This document shows positions 1-7,627 of a DNA stretch of 64,000 nt, piece by piece. Every line of letters begins with the position of its first letter. Position 1 is the first letter of the stretch. A program made the translations under genes and the position numbers. A model generated the notes under the pieces. That model was given only the letters and a program-made list of their open reading frames with translations. It was not told where the DNA came from and did not search any database. Source of the DNA: an uncultured Verrucomicrobiae bacterium (GTDB lineage Bacteria; Verrucomicrobiota; Verrucomicrobiia; Chthoniobacterales; JAATET01); assembly GCA_963719495.1 (NCBI GenBank), contig CAVRCI010000015.1, positions 64,001 to 128,000 on the forward strand, given 5' to 3'.

Positions 1-535
1 CGGTTTTAACCCAGGTGATGAGCTCGGGAAGATCGATGGCCGTGAGGGTCGGGTAGGTCTGGAATGCGGCGAGGCCGATGTCGTAGCCGTAGCCGCCGAT
101 GATGAAGAGTTTGTCGCCGGACTGCCGCGACTGGGGCGCGGTGGTCGAGAGGGAGTCGATCTGCGCGGAGGTGAGGCCGGCGGTCGCGTCGCCGAGGTCG
201 CGCTGCCAGGTCTCGCGGGTGGTCGGGTTGATGACCCAGACGGTGCGGTTCTGCAGGGCGGGTGGGAAATTGACGAGGCCGTCGTTGGTGAAGTCGTGGA
301 GGCCATTCGTGCGACCGCCGAGGAGAATCCATTCGTCGCCGACCTGCGCGTCGGCGAATCCCTGGAGGGTCGGGACCGTTGCGGTGCCCATGTCGTGGAC
401 GCGGAGATCGATCGCGTAGGGGAGGTTGCTGACGGTGGCGACTGGCGAGGTGGAGGCCGTCTGGTTGGCGGCGTTGAGTGGGAGCGGGCCGAGGATGGCG
501 CCGGAGAGAAGGAGTGGGAGGATGGAGCGTCGCAT
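1..535 (-). CDS. Secreted hypothetical protein, possibly Kelch/beta-propeller-like (3' end runs off the window)
   Basis: Not in the ORF track; read manually from ATG 535: MRRSILPLLLSGAILGPLPLNAANQ (signal peptide), then EWILLGGRTNGLH and KLFIIGGYG (Kelch-like GG motifs). No stop before the edge. Confidence 0.7.
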   Translation of the reverse strand, partial: MRRSILPLLLSGAILGPLPLNAANQTASTSPVATVSNLPYAIDLRVHDMGTATVPTLQGFADAQVGDEWILLGGRTNGLHDFTNDGLVNFPPALQNRTVWVINPTTRETWQRDLGDATAGLTSAQIDSLSTTAPQSRQSGDKLFIIGGYGYDIGLAAFQTYPTLTAIDLPELITWVKT

Positions 536-617
536 GGCGGGAGCGGAACAAATTCCAGGTGAGGGATGAAGCTTTTAAGTTTTTGCGACCCGGCGCGGGG
601 GCGGTAGGTTCGTCGGT

Positions 618-1400
618 ATGCGGAGTCTTGTATTGGTTTGGTTGGTCGGTGTGGCGATGGCGGGGGGGAGTGGAGCGGCCGGGGGGCAGCAGGTGCGGTT
701 GTCGGACCGGCAGGCGCTCGAGATCGGGAAGCGGATCTGGCAGAACGAGTGCGCGGGGACGGTGGATGGGTTGACGTCGTGGAATGGCGGCGAGGATTTT
801 GCTTCGCTCGGGATCGGGCATTTCATCTGGTATCCGCGGGGGGAGTCGGGGCCGTTCGAGGAGAGCTTTCCGAAGTTGGTGGATTTCCTCGTTGCAAACC
901 GGGTGGACGTGCCGGGGTGGTTGCGGGCGACGAAGGATTGCCCGTGGGGGTCGCGGTCGGAGTTCCTGGCGGACTTCCGGTCGCCGCGGATGAAGGAGCT
1001 GCGGTCGATGCTGGCGGATACGGTCGCGTGGCAGGCGCGGTTCGCGGCGGCGCGGCTCGAGGCGGCTTTGCCGAAGATGCTGGAGGCGGCTCCGCGCGGG
1101 GAGCGCGACCGGGTGCGGGCGAATTTCTACCGGGTGGCGGGTCAGTCGCTCGGGATGTATGCGCTGATGGATTACGTGAACTTCAAGGGCGAGGGGACGT
1201 CGAAGACGGAGCGTTACGACGGCGAGGGTTGGGGGTTGCTCCAGGTGCTCGAGGAGATGGGGGGCGGGCCACCGATGGTGGCTTTCTCGAAGGCGGCGGA
1301 TGCTGTGCTGACGCGGCGGGTGGCGAATTCTCCGGCGGATCGGAACGAGCGGAAATGGCTGGCTGGGTGGCGGAACCGGTGTGCTTCCTACCGCGAATGA
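618..1400 (+). CDS. Exported hypothetical protein
   Basis: 260-aa ORF with N-terminal signal peptide and protein-like motifs WQNE, WNGGEDFASLGIGHFIWYP and DYVNFKGEG. Confidence 0.75.
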   Translation: MRSLVLVWLVGVAMAGGSGAAGGQQVRLSDRQALEIGKRIWQNECAGTVDGLTSWNGGEDFASLGIGHFIWYPRGESGPFEESFPKLVDFLVANRVDVPGWLRATKDCPWGSRSEFLADFRSPRMKELRSMLADTVAWQARFAAARLEAALPKMLEAAPRGERDRVRANFYRVAGQSLGMYALMDYVNFKGEGTSKTERYDGEGWGLLQVLEEMGGGPPMVAFSKAADAVLTRRVANSPADRNERKWLAGWRNRCASYRE

Positions 1401-1405
1401 TTTTT

Positions 1406-1434
1406 GCCCGCTAAACACGCGAATTTACGCGAAT
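1406..1434 (+). repeat. Upstream copy of the 29-bp GxxExxY-flanking repeat
   Basis: GCCCGCTAAACACGCGAATTTACGCGAAT; 26/29 identical to 1828-1856. Confidence 0.9.
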
Positions 1435-1443
1435 GGAAATACA

Positions 1444-1836
1444 ATGGCTGAGTTGATTTTTGCGGACGAGTGCTACCGGATCGTTGGGGCCTGCTTCGAG
1501 GTGGCGAAGGAGAAGGGGAGTGCTTTTCTGGAGCCGGTCTATCAGGAGTGTCTGGAACTCGAGTTGGGTTTGCAGAGGATTCCTTTTCAGGCTCAGTCGG
1601 GGTTGATCCTGGAATACAAGGGGCAGGCTCTTCGTCAGCGGTATACGCCGGACTTCGTTTGCTTTGGGAAGATCATCGTGGAGATCAAGGCGGTGACGCG
1701 GTTGGGGGATGAGCACCGGGCTCAGGTGCTGAACTACCTGGCGGCGACTGGTTTTGAACTGGGGCTGTTGGTCAATTTTGGGAGCCGTCCGAAACTGGAA
1801 TGGGAGCGGATCGCGAATACGAGGAAGGCCCGCTAA
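1444..1836 (+). CDS. GxxExxY protein (PD-(D/E)XK nuclease superfamily)
   Basis: GSAFLEPVYQECL, YTPDFVCFGKIIVEIKAV and HRAQVLNYL..GLLVNFG motifs; ATG 1444 chosen. Confidence 0.92.
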   Translation: MAELIFADECYRIVGACFEVAKEKGSAFLEPVYQECLELELGLQRIPFQAQSGLILEYKGQALRQRYTPDFVCFGKIIVEIKAVTRLGDEHRAQVLNYLAATGFELGLLVNFGSRPKLEWERIANTRKAR

Positions 1837-1905
1837 ACACGCGAATGAGCGCGAATAGATGCTTGAAGGAAATACCATTCGCGCTCATTCGCGTGTTTAG
1901 CGGGC
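1828..1905. repeat. Perfect 29-bp inverted repeat with 20-nt spacer
   Basis: 1828-1856 GCCCGCTAAACACGCGAATGAGCGCGAAT is the exact reverse complement of 1877-1905, and it contains the GxxExxY stop codon. Confidence 0.93.
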
Positions 1906-1912
1906 AGGCATT

Positions 1913-3655
1913 ATGAACAAAGAACAAATTGTGGGGGTGCTCGAGAACATCGGGCTGTTGCTGGATCTCAAGGGGGAGAATGGGTTCAAGGTGCGGGCTT
2001 ACGTGAATGGGGCGCGGGCGCTCGAGGCGATGAGCGAGGATCTGGCGACGGTGATCGCGGAGGATCGCTTGAAGGCCGTGGACGGGATCGGGAAGGCGCT
2101 CGAGGAGAAAATCACGACGCTGTCGCGGGAGGGGAGGCTCGAATTTTACGACGATCTGCGGGCGGAATTTCCGGAGGGGATTTTCGAGCTTTTCGAGCTT
2201 CGCGGGATCGGGGCGAAGAAGATCAAGGCGCTTTACGACGAACTGGGCGTCGCGTCGGTCGCGGAGCTTCGGGCCGCTTGCGAGGATGGCCGGGTGGCCG
2301 GGCTCGATGGGTTCGGCGAGAAATCGGCGGAGAATTTTTTGAAAGCGATCTCGGACCTCGAATCGCACGCGGGATTGTTTCTCATCGGCGACGTGATGGC
2401 GGTGGCGGGGCGGTTGCTCGATGATTTTCGGAATCACCCGGAAGTGCTGCTCGCGGACATTGCGGGGAGTTTTCGGCGGTCCAAGGAGGTGGTGCATGAT
2501 CTGGACCTGATCGCGGCGAGTGCCGCGCCGGAGATCGTGAGCGAGGACTTCATCGGGCACGAACTCGTGGAGTCGGTGCTGGCCCACGGGGCGACCAAGT
2601 CGAGCGTGCGGCTGAAGGGTGGGCTGCAGTGCGACCTGCGGGTGGTGAGCAACGCGGAGTATCCGTTTGCGCTCAATTATTTCACCGGCAGCAAGGAGCA
2701 CAACGTGCGGATGCGGAACCGGGCGCTGGAGCGGGGGTGGTCGCTGAACGAGTATCGGTTCAGCGAAGCGAAGGGAAAGAAGCTGCGCGAGCCGATTCCG
2801 GAGGTGAGCTCGGAGGCGGACATTTATCGGGCGTTGGGGCTGCGGTTCGTCGTGCCGGAATTGCGCGAGGATCGGGGGGAATTCGACGCTGCGGAGGCGG
2901 GGGAACTGCCGAAGCTGATCGAGTGGCACAATCTGCGCGGGACTTTTCACAATCACACGACGGCGAGCGACGGGCGGGCGAGCCTGCGCGAAATGGCGGA
3001 CGCGGCGCTCGATCTGGGGTTGCAGTATTTGGGGATCGCCGATCATTCGAAGGCGTCGGTGCAGGCGAATGGATTGGATGCGAAGCGGTTGGCGGCCCAG
3101 GGGAAGGAGATCGACAATCTCAACGCGGAGTTCGATGGATTCCGCATTTTCAAGGGCGTCGAGTGCGACATTCTCAAGGATGGGTCGTTGGATTTTCCGG
3201 ACGACGTGCTCGGGTCGCTCGATTACGTGGTGGCGTCGGTGCACAGTTCGATGCAGCTCGGCGAGGCCGAGATGACGAAGCGGATCGTGCGGGCGATCTC
3301 GAATCCGCGCGTCACGATGCTGGGGCACGCGACGGGAAGGTTGCTGCTGTCGCGCGACGGCTACGCGGTGAACATCCCGGCGGTGATCGACGCGGCGGCG
3401 GAGATGGGGACGATTTTGGAACTGAACTGCAGCGCGATGCGGCTGGATCTGGATTGGCGCTGGTGGCCGCTGGCGAAAGAGAAGGGCGTGAAGTGCGCGA
3501 TCAATCCCGACGCGCATTCGACCGAGGGATTGCAGAATCTCGCGCTCGGCGTGCGGCTCGCGCGGAAGGGGTGGCTGACGCGGGAGGACGTCGTGAATTG
3601 TCTGGGGTTGCCGGAGATGGTGGCGTTTTTGGAGGAGAAGGCGGGGCGGCGGTGA
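1913..3655 (+). CDS. polX: DNA polymerase X with PHP 3'-5' exonuclease domain
   Basis: HhH motifs (GIGK, GIGAK, GFGEK), GSFRR..HDLD, YFTGSKEHN; PHP motifs HNHTTASDG, IADHS, NPDAH. Confidence 0.95.
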   Translation: MNKEQIVGVLENIGLLLDLKGENGFKVRAYVNGARALEAMSEDLATVIAEDRLKAVDGIGKALEEKITTLSREGRLEFYDDLRAEFPEGIFELFELRGIGAKKIKALYDELGVASVAELRAACEDGRVAGLDGFGEKSAENFLKAISDLESHAGLFLIGDVMAVAGRLLDDFRNHPEVLLADIAGSFRRSKEVVHDLDLIAASAAPEIVSEDFIGHELVESVLAHGATKSSVRLKGGLQCDLRVVSNAEYPFALNYFTGSKEHNVRMRNRALERGWSLNEYRFSEAKGKKLREPIPEVSSEADIYRALGLRFVVPELREDRGEFDAAEAGELPKLIEWHNLRGTFHNHTTASDGRASLREMADAALDLGLQYLGIADHSKASVQANGLDAKRLAAQGKEIDNLNAEFDGFRIFKGVECDILKDGSLDFPDDVLGSLDYVVASVHSSMQLGEAEMTKRIVRAISNPRVTMLGHATGRLLLSRDGYAVNIPAVIDAAAEMGTILELNCSAMRLDLDWRWWPLAKEKGVKCAINPDAHSTEGLQNLALGVRLARKGWLTREDVVNCLGLPEMVAFLEEKAGRR

Positions 3656-3685
3656 GGGTGGGTTCGGGCGCTCTGGGTGAAAGTC

Positions 3686-3713
3686 ACGGCTCGGCGGGAG
3701 CCTCGCCCTCCGG
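3686..3713 (+). repeat. REP-like element family 1 (CGGCTCGGCRGGAGCCTCGCCCTCC)
   Basis: Near-identical copies at 7476-7502 (-), 7554-7581, 22859-22885 and 59962-59988; degenerate copies at 39963, 59885 (-) and 60956. Confidence 0.9.
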
Positions 3714-3728
3714 GGTTGGTTTTTGGAT

Positions 3729-4742
3729 TTAGGTCCGGTTGGTTGCGGTTAGGAACGGTTGGATGGCGGCGACGAGGTCGCGGAAGCCGTCGAAGGTAAC
3801 CTGTTGCTGGCCGTCGGAGAGGGCTTCGGCGGGGTTGGGGTGGACTTCGACGAGGAGGCCGTCGGCGCCCATGGCGACGGCTCCGACGCAGAGGGCGGTG
3901 ACGAGGTCGGCGCGGCCGCAGCCCTGGCTGGGGTCGACGATGACGGGGAGGTGGGTTTCCTTTTTCGCGATGGCGACGGCGGAGAGGTCGAGGGTGTTGC
4001 GGGTGTAGGTCTCGAAGGTGCGGATGCCGCGCTCGCAGAGCAGGACGTTCGGATTGCCGTGGGCGAGGAGGTATTCCGCGGCGAGGATCCATTCCTCGAT
4101 CCGCTGACTCATCCCGCGCTTGAGGAGGACGGGCTTTTTCGTGTGGGCGCACTCGATGAGGAGTTGAAAATTCTGCGCGTTGCGGGCTCCGATTTGGAAG
4201 ATGTCGGTGGTCTCGGCGACGTGCTCGACGTCGCGTTCGCTGAGGACCTCGGTGATGATCTTGAGGCCGGTGCGTTGTTTGGCTTCGCCGAGAAGTCGGA
4301 GGCCTTCCTTGCCGAGTCCTTGGAATTCGTAGGGGGAGGTGCGGGGCTTGTAGGCTCCGCCGCGGAGGATGGTCGCGCCGGCGGCCTTGACGGCGTCGGC
4401 GGTGGCGAAGAGTTGCTCGGCGCTTTCGACGGAGCAGGGGCCGGCCATGAGGGAAAAGGCCGGGCCGCCGATGGGGACGCCGTCGACGTCGACGACGGAA
4501 TTCCCGGGGTGCGATTGGCGGCTGGCGAGTTTGTAGCGTTTTTGGACGCGGAGGACGTCCTGGACCTGCGGGAGGGCGGTGAGGGACTCGAGCGTCTGGT
4601 GGGTGCGCTCGTCGCCGATGGCGGCGATGACGGTCTGCTCGACGCCGTGGATGGGCGAGGGCTCGTAGCCGAGCTTGGTGACTTCGGCGAGGACTGTGTC
4701 GATTTCTTCACGAGAAGATCCGGGGCGGAGAACGATGATCAT
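3729..4742 (-). CDS. aroF: 3-deoxy-7-phosphoheptulonate (DAHP) synthase, class I-beta, with N-terminal regulatory domain
   Basis: AGPCSVES, RGGAYKPRTSPY, CERGIRTFE and EVHPNP motifs. Confidence 0.95.
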   Translation of the reverse strand: MIIVLRPGSSREEIDTVLAEVTKLGYEPSPIHGVEQTVIAAIGDERTHQTLESLTALPQVQDVLRVQKRYKLASRQSHPGNSVVDVDGVPIGGPAFSLMAGPCSVESAEQLFATADAVKAAGATILRGGAYKPRTSPYEFQGLGKEGLRLLGEAKQRTGLKIITEVLSERDVEHVAETTDIFQIGARNAQNFQLLIECAHTKKPVLLKRGMSQRIEEWILAAEYLLAHGNPNVLLCERGIRTFETYTRNTLDLSAVAIAKKETHLPVIVDPSQGCGRADLVTALCVGAVAMGADGLLVEVHPNPAEALSDGQQQVTFDGFRDLVAAIQPFLTATNRT

Positions 4743-4795
4743 GGTGGGATGACTTTGGCGGAAAACGAGTTCCGTGGCAGCTTGGAATTTGCAGG

Positions 4796-5881
4796 ATGAA
4801 CGAGAAAGATATCGACCTGCGGATTCGGGAATTGGTGGCGGAGGTCGCGGAAGGGCGGTCGGCGCACCTGGTGGAAGAATTGATCAAGACGGCGTTGAGG
4901 CTCGGGCGTGAAGGGGCGGACCTCGGGGATTTGAAGCTCGTCGAGCGGTCGATCCGGGAGATGGGCGACGCGGCGAGGGTCTTCGCGCCTTACCGCGACC
5001 GGCGGAAGGTGGCGGTCTTCGGGTCGGCGCGGACGGCTTCGGACGACGGGGAGTTCAAGCTGGCTCGCGAGTTTGCCCGGCTAATGGTGCGCGAGGATTA
5101 CATGATCATCACCGGCGGAGGCGACGGGATCATGGGCGCGGCGCAGCGGGGCGCGGGGGCGGATCACAGCTTTGGGCTGAACATTCGTCTTCCCTTCGAG
5201 CAGAGCGCGAACGCGACGATCCGAGGTGACGAGAAGCTCCTCGATTTCAAATATTTTTTCACCCGTAAGTTGAACTTCATGAAGGAAACGCACGCGTTCG
5301 TGCTGTGTCCGGGTGGCTTCGGCACGCAGGACGAGAGTTTCGAAGCGCTCACGCTCATGCAGACCGGGAAGACGCAGATCGTGCCGATCATCCTGCTCGA
5401 CCAGCCGGGCGGCCGCTACTGGGAGACGTGGCTTCGCTTCGTGAAAGAGGATCTGCTTGGAAACGGCCTGATCTCGGAAACGGATTTTCATTTGTTCCGA
5501 TCGACCCACAGCGCGGAGAAGGCGGTCGCCGAAGTGCTGCAATTCTACCGGGTTTTTCATTCCTATCGGTGGGTGCGGGAGCGGATGGTGGTGCGGATCC
5601 GCCAGCGAATCGCCGACGAAGCGCTGGCCGAACTCAACGAAACATTCGCCGGGCTGCTGGTGGAAGGGCGGATCGAGCAGGTGGTCGCCCTGCCGGAGGA
5701 AGCGGACGACGAGTCGATCGCCGCCCTGCCGCGTCTGGTGTTGACGCCCCGCAAGCGCGACTTTGGGATCATTCGGACGTTTCTCGATGCGATCAACGAT
5801 TGTCGGGTTCTCGTGGGCGATGGATCCGGTTCCCCGGGGGGGAACGGGAATGTCGTTGAGTTTTCCGCTTCGGGGGCGTAG
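4796..5881 (+). CDS. LOG family (Rossmann-fold) nucleotide phosphoribohydrolase
   Basis: VFGSART, ITGGGDGIMGA, FKYFFTRK and PGGFGTQDE motifs. Confidence 0.9.
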   Translation: MNEKDIDLRIRELVAEVAEGRSAHLVEELIKTALRLGREGADLGDLKLVERSIREMGDAARVFAPYRDRRKVAVFGSARTASDDGEFKLAREFARLMVREDYMIITGGGDGIMGAAQRGAGADHSFGLNIRLPFEQSANATIRGDEKLLDFKYFFTRKLNFMKETHAFVLCPGGFGTQDESFEALTLMQTGKTQIVPIILLDQPGGRYWETWLRFVKEDLLGNGLISETDFHLFRSTHSAEKAVAEVLQFYRVFHSYRWVRERMVVRIRQRIADEALAELNETFAGLLVEGRIEQVVALPEEADDESIAALPRLVLTPRKRDFGIIRTFLDAINDCRVLVGDGSGSPGGNGNVVEFSASGA

Positions 5882-5891
5882 GTAAGGTGTC

Positions 5892-7172
5892 ATGGCAGCC
5901 CCCGGTTCGGATTCGTTTTTTCAGAGACTGATCGATAAGTTCAGTCAGTCGCGGTTTTTCACGATTTCGTTGCTCCTGCACATCCTGCTGGTGGCGATTT
6001 TTGGCGGGACGGTTCTTTATCAGGCCGTCCAGGAGCCTTCGGACTTCGAGGGTGGCGAAGGTGGGTTTGTCGACGACGCGGCGGTGGTCGCTGCGCCGCC
6101 GATGCCAACTCAGCAGGAGACCACGACCTTCACCGTGACGGCCCCGCAGACGCAGACGACGTCGCTGAATGCGATCACGACGATGAATCCCGAGACGTTG
6201 GATTTCAGCATGAACACCGTGATGGCTCCTCCGACGGTGACTCCCACGACGGTCGACGCGGCGACGGCGGCACCGGCTCCGATGCCGACGAACAGCGCCG
6301 GGATGTCGAAGGGCGAAGCGGCTGCGATCGCCGCGACGGTCGGCGGCTGGGGGAAGGGATCCGGCACGGGGGCCGGCACCGGGCTGCGCCAGCGGGAGTT
6401 CAAATTCATCGCTTACCTCGGCAAATACAAGGGGGGGAACTGGGATTCGACCGTGCAGGTCAGTCGCGGGAAAATCGATGGCGGGAGTCTGCCGAATCTC
6501 CTGTATTTGATCTCGAAGTGGTCGCGGGATAAGATCACGACCAACGAACGCAACGTCGAAGCCGTCGACCTGGACAGTGACCGGCTCTTCGCGGATCCGG
6601 TGCCGCCCTTCATATTCCTGACGGGATCGCGCGATTTTGTCCTGACCGAGAAGGAGGTCCAGAATCTCCGCAAATACGTGAAGATCGGCGGCGCGATCTG
6701 GGGGGACAGCTCGGTTCCCGGCAAGCGGTCGCGGTTCGACATCGCGTTCAAGCGTGAAATGCGGCGGGTCATCCCCGACGTCGACAAAAAGTTCGAGCCG
6801 CTGCCCGCGAATCACCCGATCTACACCAGCAACTACTACCCGGAAATTCAGTCGACGCCCGCTGGGCTGAATTTTTACCAGGACCCGATCTACGCGCTCC
6901 GGATCTTCGGAGAGATCGCGATCCTCTACACTTCGAACGACTATGGCGACATGTGGCAGATCGGTCTGGACGCTGACGGGAAGATCGATCTCGGCACGGA
7001 CGAGAAGGGAAAAAGCGTGGCGGTGAATCAGAACATCTGGTCTCAGCGCGGCGTGTATCTGCACAATTTGGAGCCGGAATCGATCGAGCGGAGCTTCAAG
7101 TTCGGGATCAACATCGTCACGCATCTGCTGACCCGCTGGGACAACAAGGTGAACGTCGGCTCGCGGCTGTAG
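5892..7172 (+). CDS. DUF4159 domain membrane-anchored protein
   Basis: N-terminal TM (ISLLLHILLV), Thr/Pro/Ala-rich linker, then PFIFLTG, LRKYVKIGG and LPANHPIY motifs. Confidence 0.8.
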   Translation: MAAPGSDSFFQRLIDKFSQSRFFTISLLLHILLVAIFGGTVLYQAVQEPSDFEGGEGGFVDDAAVVAAPPMPTQQETTTFTVTAPQTQTTSLNAITTMNPETLDFSMNTVMAPPTVTPTTVDAATAAPAPMPTNSAGMSKGEAAAIAATVGGWGKGSGTGAGTGLRQREFKFIAYLGKYKGGNWDSTVQVSRGKIDGGSLPNLLYLISKWSRDKITTNERNVEAVDLDSDRLFADPVPPFIFLTGSRDFVLTEKEVQNLRKYVKIGGAIWGDSSVPGKRSRFDIAFKREMRRVIPDVDKKFEPLPANHPIYTSNYYPEIQSTPAGLNFYQDPIYALRIFGEIAILYTSNDYGDMWQIGLDADGKIDLGTDEKGKSVAVNQNIWSQRGVYLHNLEPESIERSFKFGINIVTHLLTRWDNKVNVGSRL

Positions 7173-7475
7173 CGGACCGACGGGGCGGGGTCCCGATTGG
7201 ACGGGCGGTGCGCGGGGAGAGAGCTTCGAATTTTTTCGGTGGTGCGGCTGGTTGGGCGCGTTTTGGTGGGCCCCTACCGCGATGCTGTTGGCGGAGTATT
7301 GGGCGTATTTCTGTGGGCGTTCGTCGCTGGTGACCGGAAGTGGGCACCCGGCGGCGCGGCTGCCCCACCATTGGTAGGGCTCGCTGTCGCGATGCAACCG
7401 GCGGCCAAACCGAATTTTGGAGATGGGCGAGACTGGGGTTGGAGGTCAGTGCACGCGGAGCGCAGGGTCCAAACG

Positions 7476-7581
7476 CGGAGGGCGAGGCTCCTGCCGAGCC
7501 GTGATTCATGGATCTGCGCCGATTGGGGGTTCGGGCGGTTTGGGTGTGGGGCGACGGCTCGGCGGGAGCCTCGCCCTCCGG
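7476..7581. repeat. REPIN-like inverted pair of REP family 1
   Basis: Minus copy 7476-7502 and plus copy 7554-7581 between convergent genes. Confidence 0.88.
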
Positions 7582-7627
7582 TTGGGATGGTGGTTTGCGC
7601 GGCGAACGAGGCTCTTCGGTGAGGGGC

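Noticed and set aside
1406..1905. Repeats considered as a CRISPR array
   Set aside because: Only three copies, one inverted, no regular unique spacers and no cas genes anywhere in the window
1913..3655. PolX as a catalytically altered variant or part of a defence system with GxxExxY
   Set aside because: Catalytic DxD, third Asp and PHP ligands are canonical; adjacency alone is not evidence
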